Positions 9,571-19,223 of a stretch of 52,563 nucleotides of DNA are shown piece by piece (positions within the stretch are counted from its first letter, which is position 1; each line of letters starts with the position of its first letter). The DNA is from a virus. Lineage: Duplodnaviria; Caudoviricetes. Under the pieces are notes generated by a model. That model had not been told where the DNA came from, did not search any database, and saw nothing but the letters and a program-made list of their open reading frames with translations. The stretch lies in the IMG/VR virus record IMGVR_UViG_3300020183_004978, positions 1-52,563 of that record, one strand, 5' to 3'. Made by a program: the position numbers and the translations under genes.

Positions 9571-11298
9571 TTATTGTCCAAAAGTTACACCGGTCGGGAG
9601 AATGTTGAAATCAAGCAGTATGAACTCCGCAGTCCTTGTGGGCTGAAGGTAGATGCTACCTATCAGCTGGTTCCTGTCGATTGTGTCTGGAGTGTTGTTC
9701 GTCTCGTCCATTACGACTTGGAAGGCGTAGAGACCCTCGCGCTGCTGTACGAACTCTAGGTAGGGGTTCACTTGACTCAGGAATCGATTCCTAGTGACTT
9801 GAGTATTAGGCTCGAATACCAGACCCTCACCCACTCCACCGATGAACCTCTTGAGCGCGATCAGCAGTCTCCTTACGTTTACCCTATCGAGGGCTGAAGG
9901 CTTCGCTTGCAGCGTCTTCTGACCGTAGATGACCGTGCCTACTCCAGGGAAGGTTGCGATGGGGTTGACTTTACCAAGGTAAAGCGTGTTCCTATCGTTA
10001 ACAGAGAGTCGTCTTTCTGGTTGTATCACTGTGGGTATGCCGCCTCTATTGAAGCCGGCGGGTGCGAACCACTCTGCGGACACTCTATCGTTGTACTCGT
10101 AAACTGCTGGAACTATTACAGAAGCTGGAACGAAGTTAATTTGTCCCGTCTCCCTAGATCTAATTTGTACCCATGGCCAATAAGCAGCTGCGTAAGAGCT
10201 GTCTATATTTTTTGCGTTATTTACAGCTTGAGATATCGTAGATCCGTAGCTCACCATGTCCACTACAGCTATGCTATCCCCTCTTTCTGCAGAATTGAGA
10301 ACGAGTGAATTAACTTGGCTGGGCGCGTTAGCGTAATTGATACCGGGAGCGTATATTGAATTGAATCTGTAAAGATCTTTGTTTTTTAAAATGTTTATTG
10401 CCGTGTTATAGTCGTAAGCCATAACACCCTGAATATCAAGTCCTGTCGTATTAGGAATGTTTTGGAACATGCTAGGAGTGTCTGTGCTTTTAAATAAGTT
10501 TCCAGTTCCTCCTTGGAAGCTTCCCGAGCCAGTTTGCGGCAGCGAAGCAGTGTATTGAGTGAGAGGTTGTCCAGCTACATCCAAGTATCCAGGAGTGGAA
10601 TTAACGCTCTGCACTCTAACGTATCTTGAATTGTTTACGTAAGATCCAGTGATTTGTAAATAGTAATTTCCTGAACTATCTTCAGTTACTGTTTCGTATT
10701 GATCACCTATAACGTAGCTTATATAATTGTTTTGATTAGGATCCAAACTTAAACCCGAAAAAGTTTCTAAAACAGTCTTACTATTTTGATAATCGTCGCC
10801 CCTTCTAATTAAAAGGGTGAAAAGACCGCTAGAAGTATCTACTTGAGAAACCTCCCAACGAACGTTGACTGACGATCCAGATAAGAGTAAGCTAGTAGAT
10901 TCAACCGTGAAGTTATTCATAAGGGATCCCTGACCAATTGTTTCTAATTTAAAAGCGGTCGTCGATACCATTGAGGTGCCTATTGCGGCAACTGAAGAAG
11001 ACGCAGGAGTAAAAGATCCAGTTGCAACTCTTGTCACTAATAGAGTAGTTCCTCCCTGATCGAAGTAATTAGCGGCTGCTATGGAAGTTAAGTACTCAAG
11101 AACAACGTTACCAGAAACAAAAGTAGTACCAAACTTATTCTTATAGTCAGAATAGCTAGTGACCACTGTGGGAACGTTAGGTTTTCCTATTACGGTGGGA
11201 CCCACGAGTGCTGCACCAACTTCTATCGGTCCTTGACTTATTTGCGAGAGGTCGTTTTCCGTTATGAAAACGCCTGGTGAGAGTATTGCTTCGGCCAT
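9571..11298 (-). CDS. gp18: Tail sheath protein (gp18-like)
   Basis: SPGVFITEND N-terminus; WFAPAGFNRG, VNPIATFPG, GQKTLQ..SALDRVNVRRLL, FEPN motifs. Confidence 0.95.
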   Translation of the reverse strand: MAEAILSPGVFITENDLSQISQGPIEVGAALVGPTVIGKPNVPTVVTSYSDYKNKFGTTFVSGNVVLEYLTSIAAANYFDQGGTTLLVTRVATGSFTPASSSVAAIGTSMVSTTAFKLETIGQGSLMNNFTVESTSLLLSGSSVNVRWEVSQVDTSSGLFTLLIRRGDDYQNSKTVLETFSGLSLDPNQNNYISYVIGDQYETVTEDSSGNYYLQITGSYVNNSRYVRVQSVNSTPGYLDVAGQPLTQYTASLPQTGSGSFQGGTGNLFKSTDTPSMFQNIPNTTGLDIQGVMAYDYNTAINILKNKDLYRFNSIYAPGINYANAPSQVNSLVLNSAERGDSIAVVDMVSYGSTISQAVNNAKNIDSSYAAAYWPWVQIRSRETGQINFVPASVIVPAVYEYNDRVSAEWFAPAGFNRGGIPTVIQPERRLSVNDRNTLYLGKVNPIATFPGVGTVIYGQKTLQAKPSALDRVNVRRLLIALKRFIGGVGEGLVFEPNTQVTRNRFLSQVNPYLEFVQQREGLYAFQVVMDETNNTPDTIDRNQLIGSIYLQPTRTAEFILLDFNILPTGVTFGQ

Positions 11299-11318
11299 TT
11301 ATTATCTTTTTACTGATA

Positions 11319-11326
11319 ATAAATAT
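11319..11326 (-). promoter_or_regulatory. ATATTTAT putative late promoter motif (sheath)
   Basis: Extended context ATATTTATTATCAGTAAA is identical to the copy at 38089. Confidence 0.65.
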
Positions 11327-11347
11327 CTTTACTTTTTTGTAAAAAAA

Positions 11348-11587
11348 CTAAGCTACTTCTCCTGTTTCCAAGTTTAAAGTAACGTTTCCGTAGGTGTTTC
11401 TGATCTTCTCAAAAAGAAACGCCTCCCTTCTTTTTACGTCCGCCACTTTGGACTTTTGCTCTTCTATCATAATTTCAAGAGCGAGCTTTTGATAGTTCAA
11501 GTCTCCAAGTATTGAAGCTATTTCTGTGACGTTTTTCCTAATGTCTTGAATCTCTTGAAGCTCTTCTTCACTTAATCTTTTAGACAT
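11348..11587 (-). CDS. Small coiled-coil hypothetical protein
   Basis: 79 aa helical ORF ending YGNVTLNLETGEV. Confidence 0.7.
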   Translation of the reverse strand: MSKRLSEEELQEIQDIRKNVTEIASILGDLNYQKLALEIMIEEQKSKVADVKRREAFLFEKIRNTYGNVTLNLETGEVA

Positions 11588-11590
11588 AGA

Positions 11591-11803
11591 TTATTCTTTG
11601 GCTTTCTTCTCTATTTTTATTTGCTTTTCTGCTTTAGGAGCCCTTTTTCTCTTTTCTGGTTTAGTCGCTTCTTCAGCGCTTTCAGTATCTACAACCACTG
11701 GGTCTGGAGTGACAACAGGAGTGACTTCGATTTTTTCTTTTGCTTTGAGCTCTTGAGAGCCTGACTTACCTAAAAGTCCTTTTAAGAATGATAACAGTCC
11801 CAT
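11591..11803 (-). CDS. Small Lys/Glu-rich hypothetical protein
   Basis: 70 aa ORF preceded by the ATATTTAT motif; amphipathic N-terminus. Confidence 0.65.
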   Translation of the reverse strand: MGLLSFLKGLLGKSGSQELKAKEKIEVTPVVTPDPVVVDTESAEEATKPEKRKRAPKAEKQIKIEKKAKE

Positions 11804-11852
11804 ATTTTTATTTATAAATATACAAAAATTAGAATAGTTAAAAATAAAGTGC

Positions 11853-12629
11853 TTATATTTGCTTGCTTCTTACGAATTCCAAATCGAAAGTTATAGTTGA
11901 AACCTCTAAAGACTCGTTGTTAAACGGGCGATTGAAAGGTTCGGTTAATCTCCAACTTTTTCCCCACTTTTTGTTCATGTATTCAAAATTCATGGTATTT
12001 ATTTCTTCCAATCTACTGTTTAAAGCTGGATCGGATTTTTTAGTCTGACTTCCGTGAGTGTAGTACTCGTTACACATGCCGGTACCGTGATTGTATAACC
12101 TACTCAGCCCCACCACGCGTTTCACTGATTTGTTATGCAGTCTCATAATGTAGTCTGCATCTTCGCAATAAGCTGGGGAAAGGTTCTCATCGAAAAGCCC
12201 GTATTGTTGTACAACCCAATCTTTTATCAAAAATAGATCCCACGCCCCCTGACCAAAATCTCCCCCGTATGGGTGCACCATGCCTACGTCTTCTGGTATG
12301 GCGGCTTCGTACATTTCTTGAAGTAGACCTTCTGTAAAAGAAACGTCGTCGTTTACTATAATCCAGTAAGGCGAAAGAAGGTAAGACTTGATAATTAAGT
12401 TCCAAGCTACAGATACTCCCAAGTTAGAGGGTAAATGACACACACAAAGCTTTTCTACGAATTTGTGATTCATATTTTTCAAACTTTCCAGTTCTTCGTT
12501 TATTTCTCCCTCACCGTTATTGTTGAAAATCACAAAGTTATCCACTGGGTAATCTACGCTTTCGTACAAACGTTTTACCCAATGGGGATTTTTTAAGACA
12601 GCTGTTCCTATAACTGGTATTTTATTCAT
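11853..12629 (-). CDS. Glycosyltransferase, GT2-like
   Basis: NLGVSVAWN, IVNDDV, GLFDENL..AYCEDADY motifs. Confidence 0.85.
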   Translation of the reverse strand: MNKIPVIGTAVLKNPHWVKRLYESVDYPVDNFVIFNNNGEGEINEELESLKNMNHKFVEKLCVCHLPSNLGVSVAWNLIIKSYLLSPYWIIVNDDVSFTEGLLQEMYEAAIPEDVGMVHPYGGDFGQGAWDLFLIKDWVVQQYGLFDENLSPAYCEDADYIMRLHNKSVKRVVGLSRLYNHGTGMCNEYYTHGSQTKKSDPALNSRLEEINTMNFEYMNKKWGKSWRLTEPFNRPFNNESLEVSTITFDLEFVRSKQI

Positions 12630-12684
12630 TGGCTACAGCAATTCGTGCTTTAGCAATTTCAACTATTTTAAGCTTTGTGTTTTA

Positions 12685-13350
12685 TTAACATACTTCATTA
12701 AAGAAAAACATATGAAATAACCTACTACTATGAATATCCCAACCAAAATAATTTATTCCGGAATGGATTAATCCACCATCAAAAAGTATTAATCTATTAA
12801 ATACATTTCCTACAGTATCAACAGTTTCATAAGGTGTGCTATCTAGGAATGTTTTTTGATTAAATACTTTTAATCCATCACCAGCTTCCCAATTAATTTG
12901 AGTGTTATGAAATATTTTAGTTTGTTTATGTCTATAAAAACTAGTACCCGATTGAGGTGGAGCATCGGGTGTTAGATAAACTATAGCCGCCCATTTTTGA
13001 CTATCGCAATGAAATACTGATGGTACACCTGCTGAGCAATATTGAAAACGTCCATTTATGCCTATGTCAAACCACCCGTATCCATCGGCAAAATCTGCTA
13101 TTTTAGCTCCTATGATACTCTCAAACGCCTCTCTTATACCATCAAATAAAAATTGTTTTCTAGTACGATAACCTACAGCGCCCTCTCCTGGAAAATATAT
13201 TTGTTGTAAGGCAAAGTTTCTAACGGCGTGTGGATCAGTATAAAAATTATCTACAACAAAAAATCGTTTATCTTTTAAATCAGATATTCGACATTGATCT
13301 GTTTCAACTATTCCCCATTCTGATTCAGGATTTTTATCAATGTATTTCAT
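12685..13350 (-). CDS. 2OG-Fe(II) oxygenase (DUF6445-like)
   Basis: VVDNFY.DP..VR, HCD, AAIVYLTPDAP..SGT.FY, NVFNRLILF..H: HxD...H facial triad. Confidence 0.8.
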   Translation of the reverse strand: MKYIDKNPESEWGIVETDQCRISDLKDKRFFVVDNFYTDPHAVRNFALQQIYFPGEGAVGYRTRKQFLFDGIREAFESIIGAKIADFADGYGWFDIGINGRFQYCSAGVPSVFHCDSQKWAAIVYLTPDAPPQSGTSFYRHKQTKIFHNTQINWEAGDGLKVFNQKTFLDSTPYETVDTVGNVFNRLILFDGGLIHSGINYFGWDIHSSRLFHMFFFNEVC

Positions 13351-16139
13351 AGAAATATATTTTTAGCTACTTTTATAGTATCGTCTGTATTTTTAATTTT
13401 ATTAATAATTTTTCTACTAACTAAATCAGGATGTACGTACCAGTCTTCATAGTCGCGATCATCGTGTGGAGCTATGTTTGATAAGATTAATTCATATCCC
13501 TCAGACAATAAATATTCTCTAGATTTTAGCTTATATGATTGTATTTTATCAGTACAATGATCGTGTTCATATGTTATAATAGCAAATTTATATTTATGAA
13601 ATGGTATTTTAGTCAATATATCATACGTTACTGATGATGGATCACAATCAAGTTGTAGATAATCAATATTACGGGGGAAGTTAATTTCTTCTAATAAATC
13701 AATATAATTTATTTGTGTAGCATCTCTACATACAGCTATATTGTTTCTATCTCTAAAATATCTTTCAATTGATTCATATGTTATATCTAGCGATATGCCT
13801 TTCCAATTAAATTTAGATTCTAACAAATATGTATTATTTCCATAAAAGGGATAACCAGCGCCTATTTCTAAGTAAGTACCATTCTTTTTACCATCTAATA
13901 ATGTTAGTACAAACATATCTTGAAACGCCTCAGAGTAGTTTCTATCAATATTTTTAGCATTATTAAACTTGTATTTTAACTTCTTTAAATCACTACTATT
14001 ATATAAGTTTAAATCCCTGGCTGACGTTTCTAATTCTTGGTCTTTGGTTTTTAAAAAAGATATAAACTCGTCATCGTTTTTCCAGGCTTTCATAAACTTC
14101 AAATTATCAATAGTCGCTTGTTTATAAGATGTATCTAACGGTTCGTAAATAGAAAGATACTTAAATAAATTCTTAGATTCATTACATAATCCAGTCCACC
14201 AACCAGTGATTGCTCTTTCAAAAGTTAATCCATAAAATCCTGGATAGTCAAGTGTTGTTTTTAGTTTAGTTGGTTTTTTAATAGCTATTTTTTCTCCGAT
14301 GCAAGCCATTGTGTAAGCGCTAAACCATTTTTTGGCGTGCTCATAGAATCGGCTTAAATAAAAATAACCTTCGGGTCTAGTAGGTATTAATGCTACAGCG
14401 TGTTGTAACATTCCTTCTACCGAGTTGTTTCTGCTTCCTTGTGAATTAAAGCACATGCCCGCTCTTAATAACGCTTCATAACGCACTAATTCGTCATTAG
14501 TCCTTTCAGCCGCCCTTAAATAATATGATACCGCAGATGCTGTCTGTCCTATATCATGATAGTAGCAGCCCGTATAAAAGTTTATTTCTGCGTCTTCTGG
14601 GTATTGGATAAAGTGATCTAATAGCGCCTTTAGTACATCCTCTTCACCCATTAATTTATAAAATGATAATATGGATTGAATATTCATCCACTCATGTTTA
14701 CAATGAGTAAAGTTATTATAAGTTATATCTTCGCTTATTTTTATTTTTTCTTGTTTACCTCTTGTAATTACACCCAATCCCATATCAACATCAATGGTGT
14801 ACATTTCAAGGTCTGCTCTTATTTGTCTTAAATGAACAAACGCTTTCCAACAATCGCCTGTCCACGCTCCTCCTCTAAATGGAATAATTTGCATTTCTTC
14901 GGTAGTTGGAAGCATATCATGACAAATAATATATCCGTTTTTATTTAAACAACCTAACGAATTAATAATGTCTTTATATACTTGATCTACGTGGTGTAGA
15001 CCATCTATAAAGATAATATCAAACGTTTGCTTATTTGTTTTAAAAAACTCGTCTGATGTTAATTTTACAATATTATCCTGTTTGGGATAGGGGTCTACTC
15101 CGATTTTATTTTTTACTAGAATATCATTAAAGTTTACACAATCATCTACACCAATCTCTAGATAACTTTTAGCGTTAATTTTTTTCGCTATGTAATTTAT
15201 TATGTGTGTTCTTATACTTTTGCATAATTTGGGATACTTAAAATATTCTTCTTCAAATTTATTTTCTTGGTAAATATATTGTATTACATTGGCTGGGGGT
15301 AAAAAGAAATTTTTTAATTCTGAATCCTCTAATATTATTTTTGGTAGCTTATCTATGGGGTATGGATGTAAAACATGATCTGCTCTACCAAGAATATCAG
15401 TTCCGCCTTCTTTAGCATTAAATTCTTTTACGTGTTGTTTTGTTTTATCTGAACTTAATAACCCTATACCATCATCTACGATGTCATGAACGTGCATAAA
15501 TGATTCAAGTTTTTGAATTCTTTTACTAGCATCACCCATCCATGATAAATGCCATCCCACGATTTCATTGTCTGTTTCTTTATTAACGATTAAACTTTTA
15601 TATTTTATGTCTGTATTTAGGGTCTCTACTTCTCTAAGTTCACTTAACGTATATTCTTCTACGTGCTTTTTTAAACAGAAAAAGGGTGCTTTCCATTTTT
15701 TTACAGCACCATTAGGCTCGTGAATGCATAAATCTGCTCTTGTTGAATGAAAAGACATTGGTACTCGCACAATACGGTCTGAATGTGTTTTAGATACGTC
15801 TGCTAGTGTTTTTAAATAGATTGGATTTATTATTTCATCACAGTCGCTTATAAACCAAACTTCATCTTCTTGTATTAGTTTGCTTACAGCATTTCTTTGT
15901 TCTCTTTCTCGATTCCAATTATTAGATTGTTCGAGCTCAATATGAATTACTGAAATTTTATTGGAGGATAGATTATATTTTTCTAAAATTTGCTTGCATT
16001 TATATTCTTTATCTATACCGCTGTGTGTTCTATTTGCTTCGCAGATTACAAAACCATCTACATAATTTTGTAGAAGTTTGATTCTAAGAACTAGATGATA
16101 TTCTTCATTGAAAAACGGGAAGCAATCTATTATTTTCAT
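13347..16139 (-). CDS. Multidomain enzyme: GT17-like glycosyltransferase + class I methyltransferase + TPR + FkbM-like methyltransferase
   Basis: IIDCFPFFNE..REREQRN..ISDCDEI..GWHLSW (GT17); YLEIGV..FDIIFIDGLH..HD (methyltransferase); helical repeats; QDMFV..YLEIGA..NNTYLLE..IDYLQLD (FkbM-like). Confidence 0.8.
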   Translation of the reverse strand: MKIIDCFPFFNEEYHLVLRIKLLQNYVDGFVICEANRTHSGIDKEYKCKQILEKYNLSSNKISVIHIELEQSNNWNREREQRNAVSKLIQEDEVWFISDCDEIINPIYLKTLADVSKTHSDRIVRVPMSFHSTRADLCIHEPNGAVKKWKAPFFCLKKHVEEYTLSELREVETLNTDIKYKSLIVNKETDNEIVGWHLSWMGDASKRIQKLESFMHVHDIVDDGIGLLSSDKTKQHVKEFNAKEGGTDILGRADHVLHPYPIDKLPKIILEDSELKNFFLPPANVIQYIYQENKFEEEYFKYPKLCKSIRTHIINYIAKKINAKSYLEIGVDDCVNFNDILVKNKIGVDPYPKQDNIVKLTSDEFFKTNKQTFDIIFIDGLHHVDQVYKDIINSLGCLNKNGYIICHDMLPTTEEMQIIPFRGGAWTGDCWKAFVHLRQIRADLEMYTIDVDMGLGVITRGKQEKIKISEDITYNNFTHCKHEWMNIQSILSFYKLMGEEDVLKALLDHFIQYPEDAEINFYTGCYYHDIGQTASAVSYYLRAAERTNDELVRYEALLRAGMCFNSQGSRNNSVEGMLQHAVALIPTRPEGYFYLSRFYEHAKKWFSAYTMACIGEKIAIKKPTKLKTTLDYPGFYGLTFERAITGWWTGLCNESKNLFKYLSIYEPLDTSYKQATIDNLKFMKAWKNDDEFISFLKTKDQELETSARDLNLYNSSDLKKLKYKFNNAKNIDRNYSEAFQDMFVLTLLDGKKNGTYLEIGAGYPFYGNNTYLLESKFNWKGISLDITYESIERYFRDRNNIAVCRDATQINYIDLLEEINFPRNIDYLQLDCDPSSVTYDILTKIPFHKYKFAIITYEHDHCTDKIQSYKLKSREYLLSEGYELILSNIAPHDDRDYEDWYVHPDLVSRKIINKIKNTDDTIKVAKNIFL

Positions 16140-17112
16140 CTATAAATTTTTCTATTGTTAATTTAGGAGCTCTTAATAGAAAAGCGGCATTATCTTGAAA
16201 TCCGAAGGTCATTAAATAATAATCGCCATATTCAGCCATACCAATGCAAAATTCAACGTCAGCAGCCATAAAATGAAATTCTTGTGTTGTTTTAATTATA
16301 TTAAAATCTTTATCCCACACTATAAAACGATGATAATATACGGCATCTTTTCTCCCCTCTTCGCTGTTAAATAAATCTACTTCGTGTGTAATAGCAAAGT
16401 AACCATTTTTATATGGTAGAATTTGAGATCCGCCTCTTAAATCCCTTGGAAGTGTAATATGATTACTCATATGAACTGTTCGTGATGTACCAGTATTAGG
16501 ATTTACCTCAACTAACTCAGTTGGATTAGCCCATTTTACATAATAAAAGGGTTTATCTATAACGGGCATCCAGTTTTTTTCACAGTATGAATTTGGATCA
16601 TTTGGTGGAGCAATTCTTATTCTACTAATCTCTTTTATGCCATTTTCATTTATTTGTATCTCAGATAATTCCATTCTACCAACTCCATTAGTTGTAGTAT
16701 CTCTACGTACTCCTGATAGATATATTTTATTATTCCATTCAATAATACGGGCATCCTCTAATCCTACAAAATCCCATAATGGCTCATATATGTCAAATTG
16801 GCTAGTATCTACTTTATGATACTTATTTATTTTAAAATTATCATCTATTTCACAATACCAATTCCATGTTCGTAAATGAATATCATCTTCAGGGTGGATA
16901 TAAGTTAGAGGACCATATGGGTGTTGAAATAATTTTTTCTCTGAGTGGTAGAATGTATAATTTACATGTCTAATAATGACTGTAATTTTTCCATCTTTTA
17001 CCATTATAGATGGATTCATCAATCCAGTACCATTAGTAAGATTAGCGGGAATAAGGAGAGGAGTAATATCACCCCCAGCATCTATAATACGTTTAACTAG
17101 ATTTTTCTCCAT
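16105..17112 (-). CDS. Five-bladed beta-propeller glycoside phosphorylase/transferase-like protein (GH130/GT91-like)
   Basis: NPSI, GLEDAR, EKNWMP, LRGGS, Y.HRF, VEFC.G motifs. Confidence 0.7.
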   Translation of the reverse strand: MEKNLVKRIIDAGGDITPLLIPANLTNGTGLMNPSIMVKDGKITVIIRHVNYTFYHSEKKLFQHPYGPLTYIHPEDDIHLRTWNWYCEIDDNFKINKYHKVDTSQFDIYEPLWDFVGLEDARIIEWNNKIYLSGVRRDTTTNGVGRMELSEIQINENGIKEISRIRIAPPNDPNSYCEKNWMPVIDKPFYYVKWANPTELVEVNPNTGTSRTVHMSNHITLPRDLRGGSQILPYKNGYFAITHEVDLFNSEEGRKDAVYYHRFIVWDKDFNIIKTTQEFHFMAADVEFCIGMAEYGDYYLMTFGFQDNAAFLLRAPKLTIEKFIDENNRLLPVFQ

Positions 17113-17252
17113 AACTTAACTACTATCTTGTCATCTTTTACCATTAGAGATGGATTCATTAATCCAGTTCTTGAGGTTAATTCAGAAGCAATTATCAGGG
17201 GGTGAATGCTCCCTCCGTCTTTTATGGCTCTTTTGACTAGGTTTTTTTCCAA
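17097..17252 (-). pseudogene. Truncated paralog (51 aa) of the N-terminus of 16105..17112
   Basis: TTG-start EKNLVKRAIKDGGSIHPLIIASELTSRTGLMNPSLMVKDDKIVV aligns by eye with MEKNLVKRIIDAGGDITPLLIPANLTNGTGLMNPSIMVKDGKITV. Confidence 0.85.
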
Positions 17253-17254
17253 AA

Positions 17255-17473
17255 TTACAATTTATCCCCTTTGTTTATTCCGTACTTTATGTAGTTGTAC
17301 CAAACTCTCTCGTGGATGTAATATTGAATTGGTTTCCACAGTAGCTCCATAATTGTAAAAGCGCTACCTATTTTCAGAGATCCAGTAAAAAGCCAAACAG
17401 TTAAGAAACCTATAGTTGTACTAATTATCCTATAAGATATTGTCTTCGCTACGTGTCTCCTTTTGTTTACCAT
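17255..17473 (-). CDS. DUF2061-like small membrane protein
   Basis: RHVAKTISYRII...YYIHERVW signature; ATG at 17473 preferred over the track start. Confidence 0.8.
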   Translation of the reverse strand: MVNKRRHVAKTISYRIISTTIGFLTVWLFTGSLKIGSAFTIMELLWKPIQYYIHERVWYNYIKYGINKGDKL

Positions 17474-17816
17474 AAGTATCAATTTCTCCTTTTCTTATTT
17501 TAGTACCGCTTATTTCAGCGATATTTTGAGGAGGGTCGTGAAAAACAACTTCGTATCCCACTCCCCTTCCGTAATTTACGCTTTCTATGTCTGGTATGAT
17601 AGAAAGCAATATGTTACTGGCGTGTTTCTTAAAAAAATCGTGATTTTGTAACTCTTTAAATATTTTTTTTGCTGACTTTGGATTGTTTTCATCTATTTTC
17701 ACGTCCCTTATAGCTATCCAAACATTTTTACCTTTGTCTAACTGTTGACTAATCAACCACTCGTGACCCGAATGAAAATTCTGCCAACGACCTATGTACA
17801 ACGCATATTTTCTCAT
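17430..17816 (-). CDS. HxGH nucleotidyltransferase (cytidylyltransferase-like); candidate minimal ATP sulfurylase
   Basis: IGRWQNFHSGH and ISGTKIR motifs; overlaps the cysC stop. Confidence 0.75.
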   Translation of the reverse strand: MRKYALYIGRWQNFHSGHEWLISQQLDKGKNVWIAIRDVKIDENNPKSAKKIFKELQNHDFFKKHASNILLSIIPDIESVNYGRGVGYEVVFHDPPQNIAEISGTKIRKGEIDTYGKQKETRSEDNIL

Positions 17817-18256
17817 AGTCCCAATTTAAACAACAATTCTGAAACTGAGCTATCTTCTGATTCGTGTGTGGTATCTATTTGAATAAAATCGTAAGTTGGA
17901 GGCTGGTACTCCTTCACGTGATAGCTTTCTCTTCCCCTTTCTTCGGAAGTGCTCACGTATATTTCAGCCACAGGGTTTTCTTTTTTGAAATCTTCCCTTT
18001 GGTCTCTATAAGGAGACACCAAAGATACCACGACGTCGTGACCCTTGTAACTCATAAACTTAGCTATTTCTTGAGCTCTGTTTATGTTTTGACGACGACC
18101 CTCTTCCGAATAGTTTTTATTTTCAAAAATATTTCTTAGATCGTCTCCGTCTATGTGAACGGGATTGAGCGTAGCTTTTTTAGATATGTGCTCAATTAAC
18201 CTTTTTGCAAGAGTCGTTTTCCCAGCCCCCGGTTGACCTGTTAACCAGTATATCAT
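17813..18256 (-). CDS. cysC: Adenylyl-sulfate (APS) kinase
   Basis: WLTGQPGAGKTT P-loop, IDGDDLR, R..NI, VSPY..R motifs. Confidence 0.9.
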   Translation of the reverse strand: MIYWLTGQPGAGKTTLAKRLIEHISKKATLNPVHIDGDDLRNIFENKNYSEEGRRQNINRAQEIAKFMSYKGHDVVVSLVSPYRDQREDFKKENPVAEIYVSTSEERGRESYHVKEYQPPTYDFIQIDTTHESEDSSVSELLFKLGL

Positions 18257-18258
18257 AA

Positions 18259-19221
18259 CTAATTTTTTTCTATAGCCTTGTATATTTCGCTTGTGTCAAA
18301 CATTTCAGTTACGTCGTAATAGGGACACTCGTGAGCTATTCCATCGAAAGAGTAATCAAAAAGGTAAGAATCGATCATTTTAATTTCGTTCTTCGGTGGA
18401 TTGGCTATTATGTTTTTGTGTATGTCGTAACCAAAGTTTTTATATGATGTACCCACCCAAAGTACGGTAGATTTTAGTTTCATAGCCGCGGCTGCGTGTT
18501 GTAGGCAAGAGTCTATTAACACCCGCTTTTCAGAAAGCACGAGCATAGAAAAAAGATCGTGATTAGTCATCGACGCGTTAACGAATTCAACCCCAGGTAT
18601 AGAGTGGCCCGGATTTCTGCCCACTTGAATTATGTGATACGTGCTAGAGTACTTGTTTACTATTTGAGTTGATATCTCGTAGGGCATGTCCCTAGTCCAA
18701 GAATACAAAGTGTCTTGTTGTAAAGGACCCCCGTTAGTGTGCAAAATCATTACGGGCTTGTCTCTCTTCCAATTGTACATCAAACTCTTTTGTATCATAT
18801 TAGGATACAAAATTGGTTGCTGATTTTCGTAAGGCACGTTTAATAAGTTACACCAATTTTCTATTAGGTGTTTCTTTTTCATTATGTGATCTGACTGGAA
18901 GTACGGCTCGTGCCTAAAAACTATCGTGTCTTTGTCTTTTATGTAATCGTCATAAAAGTAAGAAGTTATGCCTACTCTGTACACTCTGTGTATATCTGGG
19001 TGATTAAGAAAAACTTCAGGGTAAGAAACTACGAGTATCAGCTTTCTATCTGAATACTTCTTTTTTATAGAAGATATTAGAGCTGTAGCTGCTACGTTTT
19101 TGCCCAATCCTCCTTCTACGTGCCAAACTACGTATTTTTGGCTGTTGTTTGATTTATCTTCCGAAACTGCGAATTTTTCTTCTCTCAGTAATTGTGATTG
19201 TGTTTTGTAACCTACCAGCAT
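18259..19221 (-). CDS. GT9-like (GT-B fold) glycosyltransferase
   Basis: GGLGKNV, IIQVG, IDSCLQHAAAA, VLW..T..FGY motifs. Confidence 0.75.
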   Translation of the reverse strand: MLVGYKTQSQLLREEKFAVSEDKSNNSQKYVVWHVEGGLGKNVAATALISSIKKKYSDRKLILVVSYPEVFLNHPDIHRVYRVGITSYFYDDYIKDKDTIVFRHEPYFQSDHIMKKKHLIENWCNLLNVPYENQQPILYPNMIQKSLMYNWKRDKPVMILHTNGGPLQQDTLYSWTRDMPYEISTQIVNKYSSTYHIIQVGRNPGHSIPGVEFVNASMTNHDLFSMLVLSEKRVLIDSCLQHAAAAMKLKSTVLWVGTSYKNFGYDIHKNIIANPPKNEIKMIDSYLFDYSFDGIAHECPYYDVTEMFDTSEIYKAIEKN

Positions 19222-19223
19222 AA

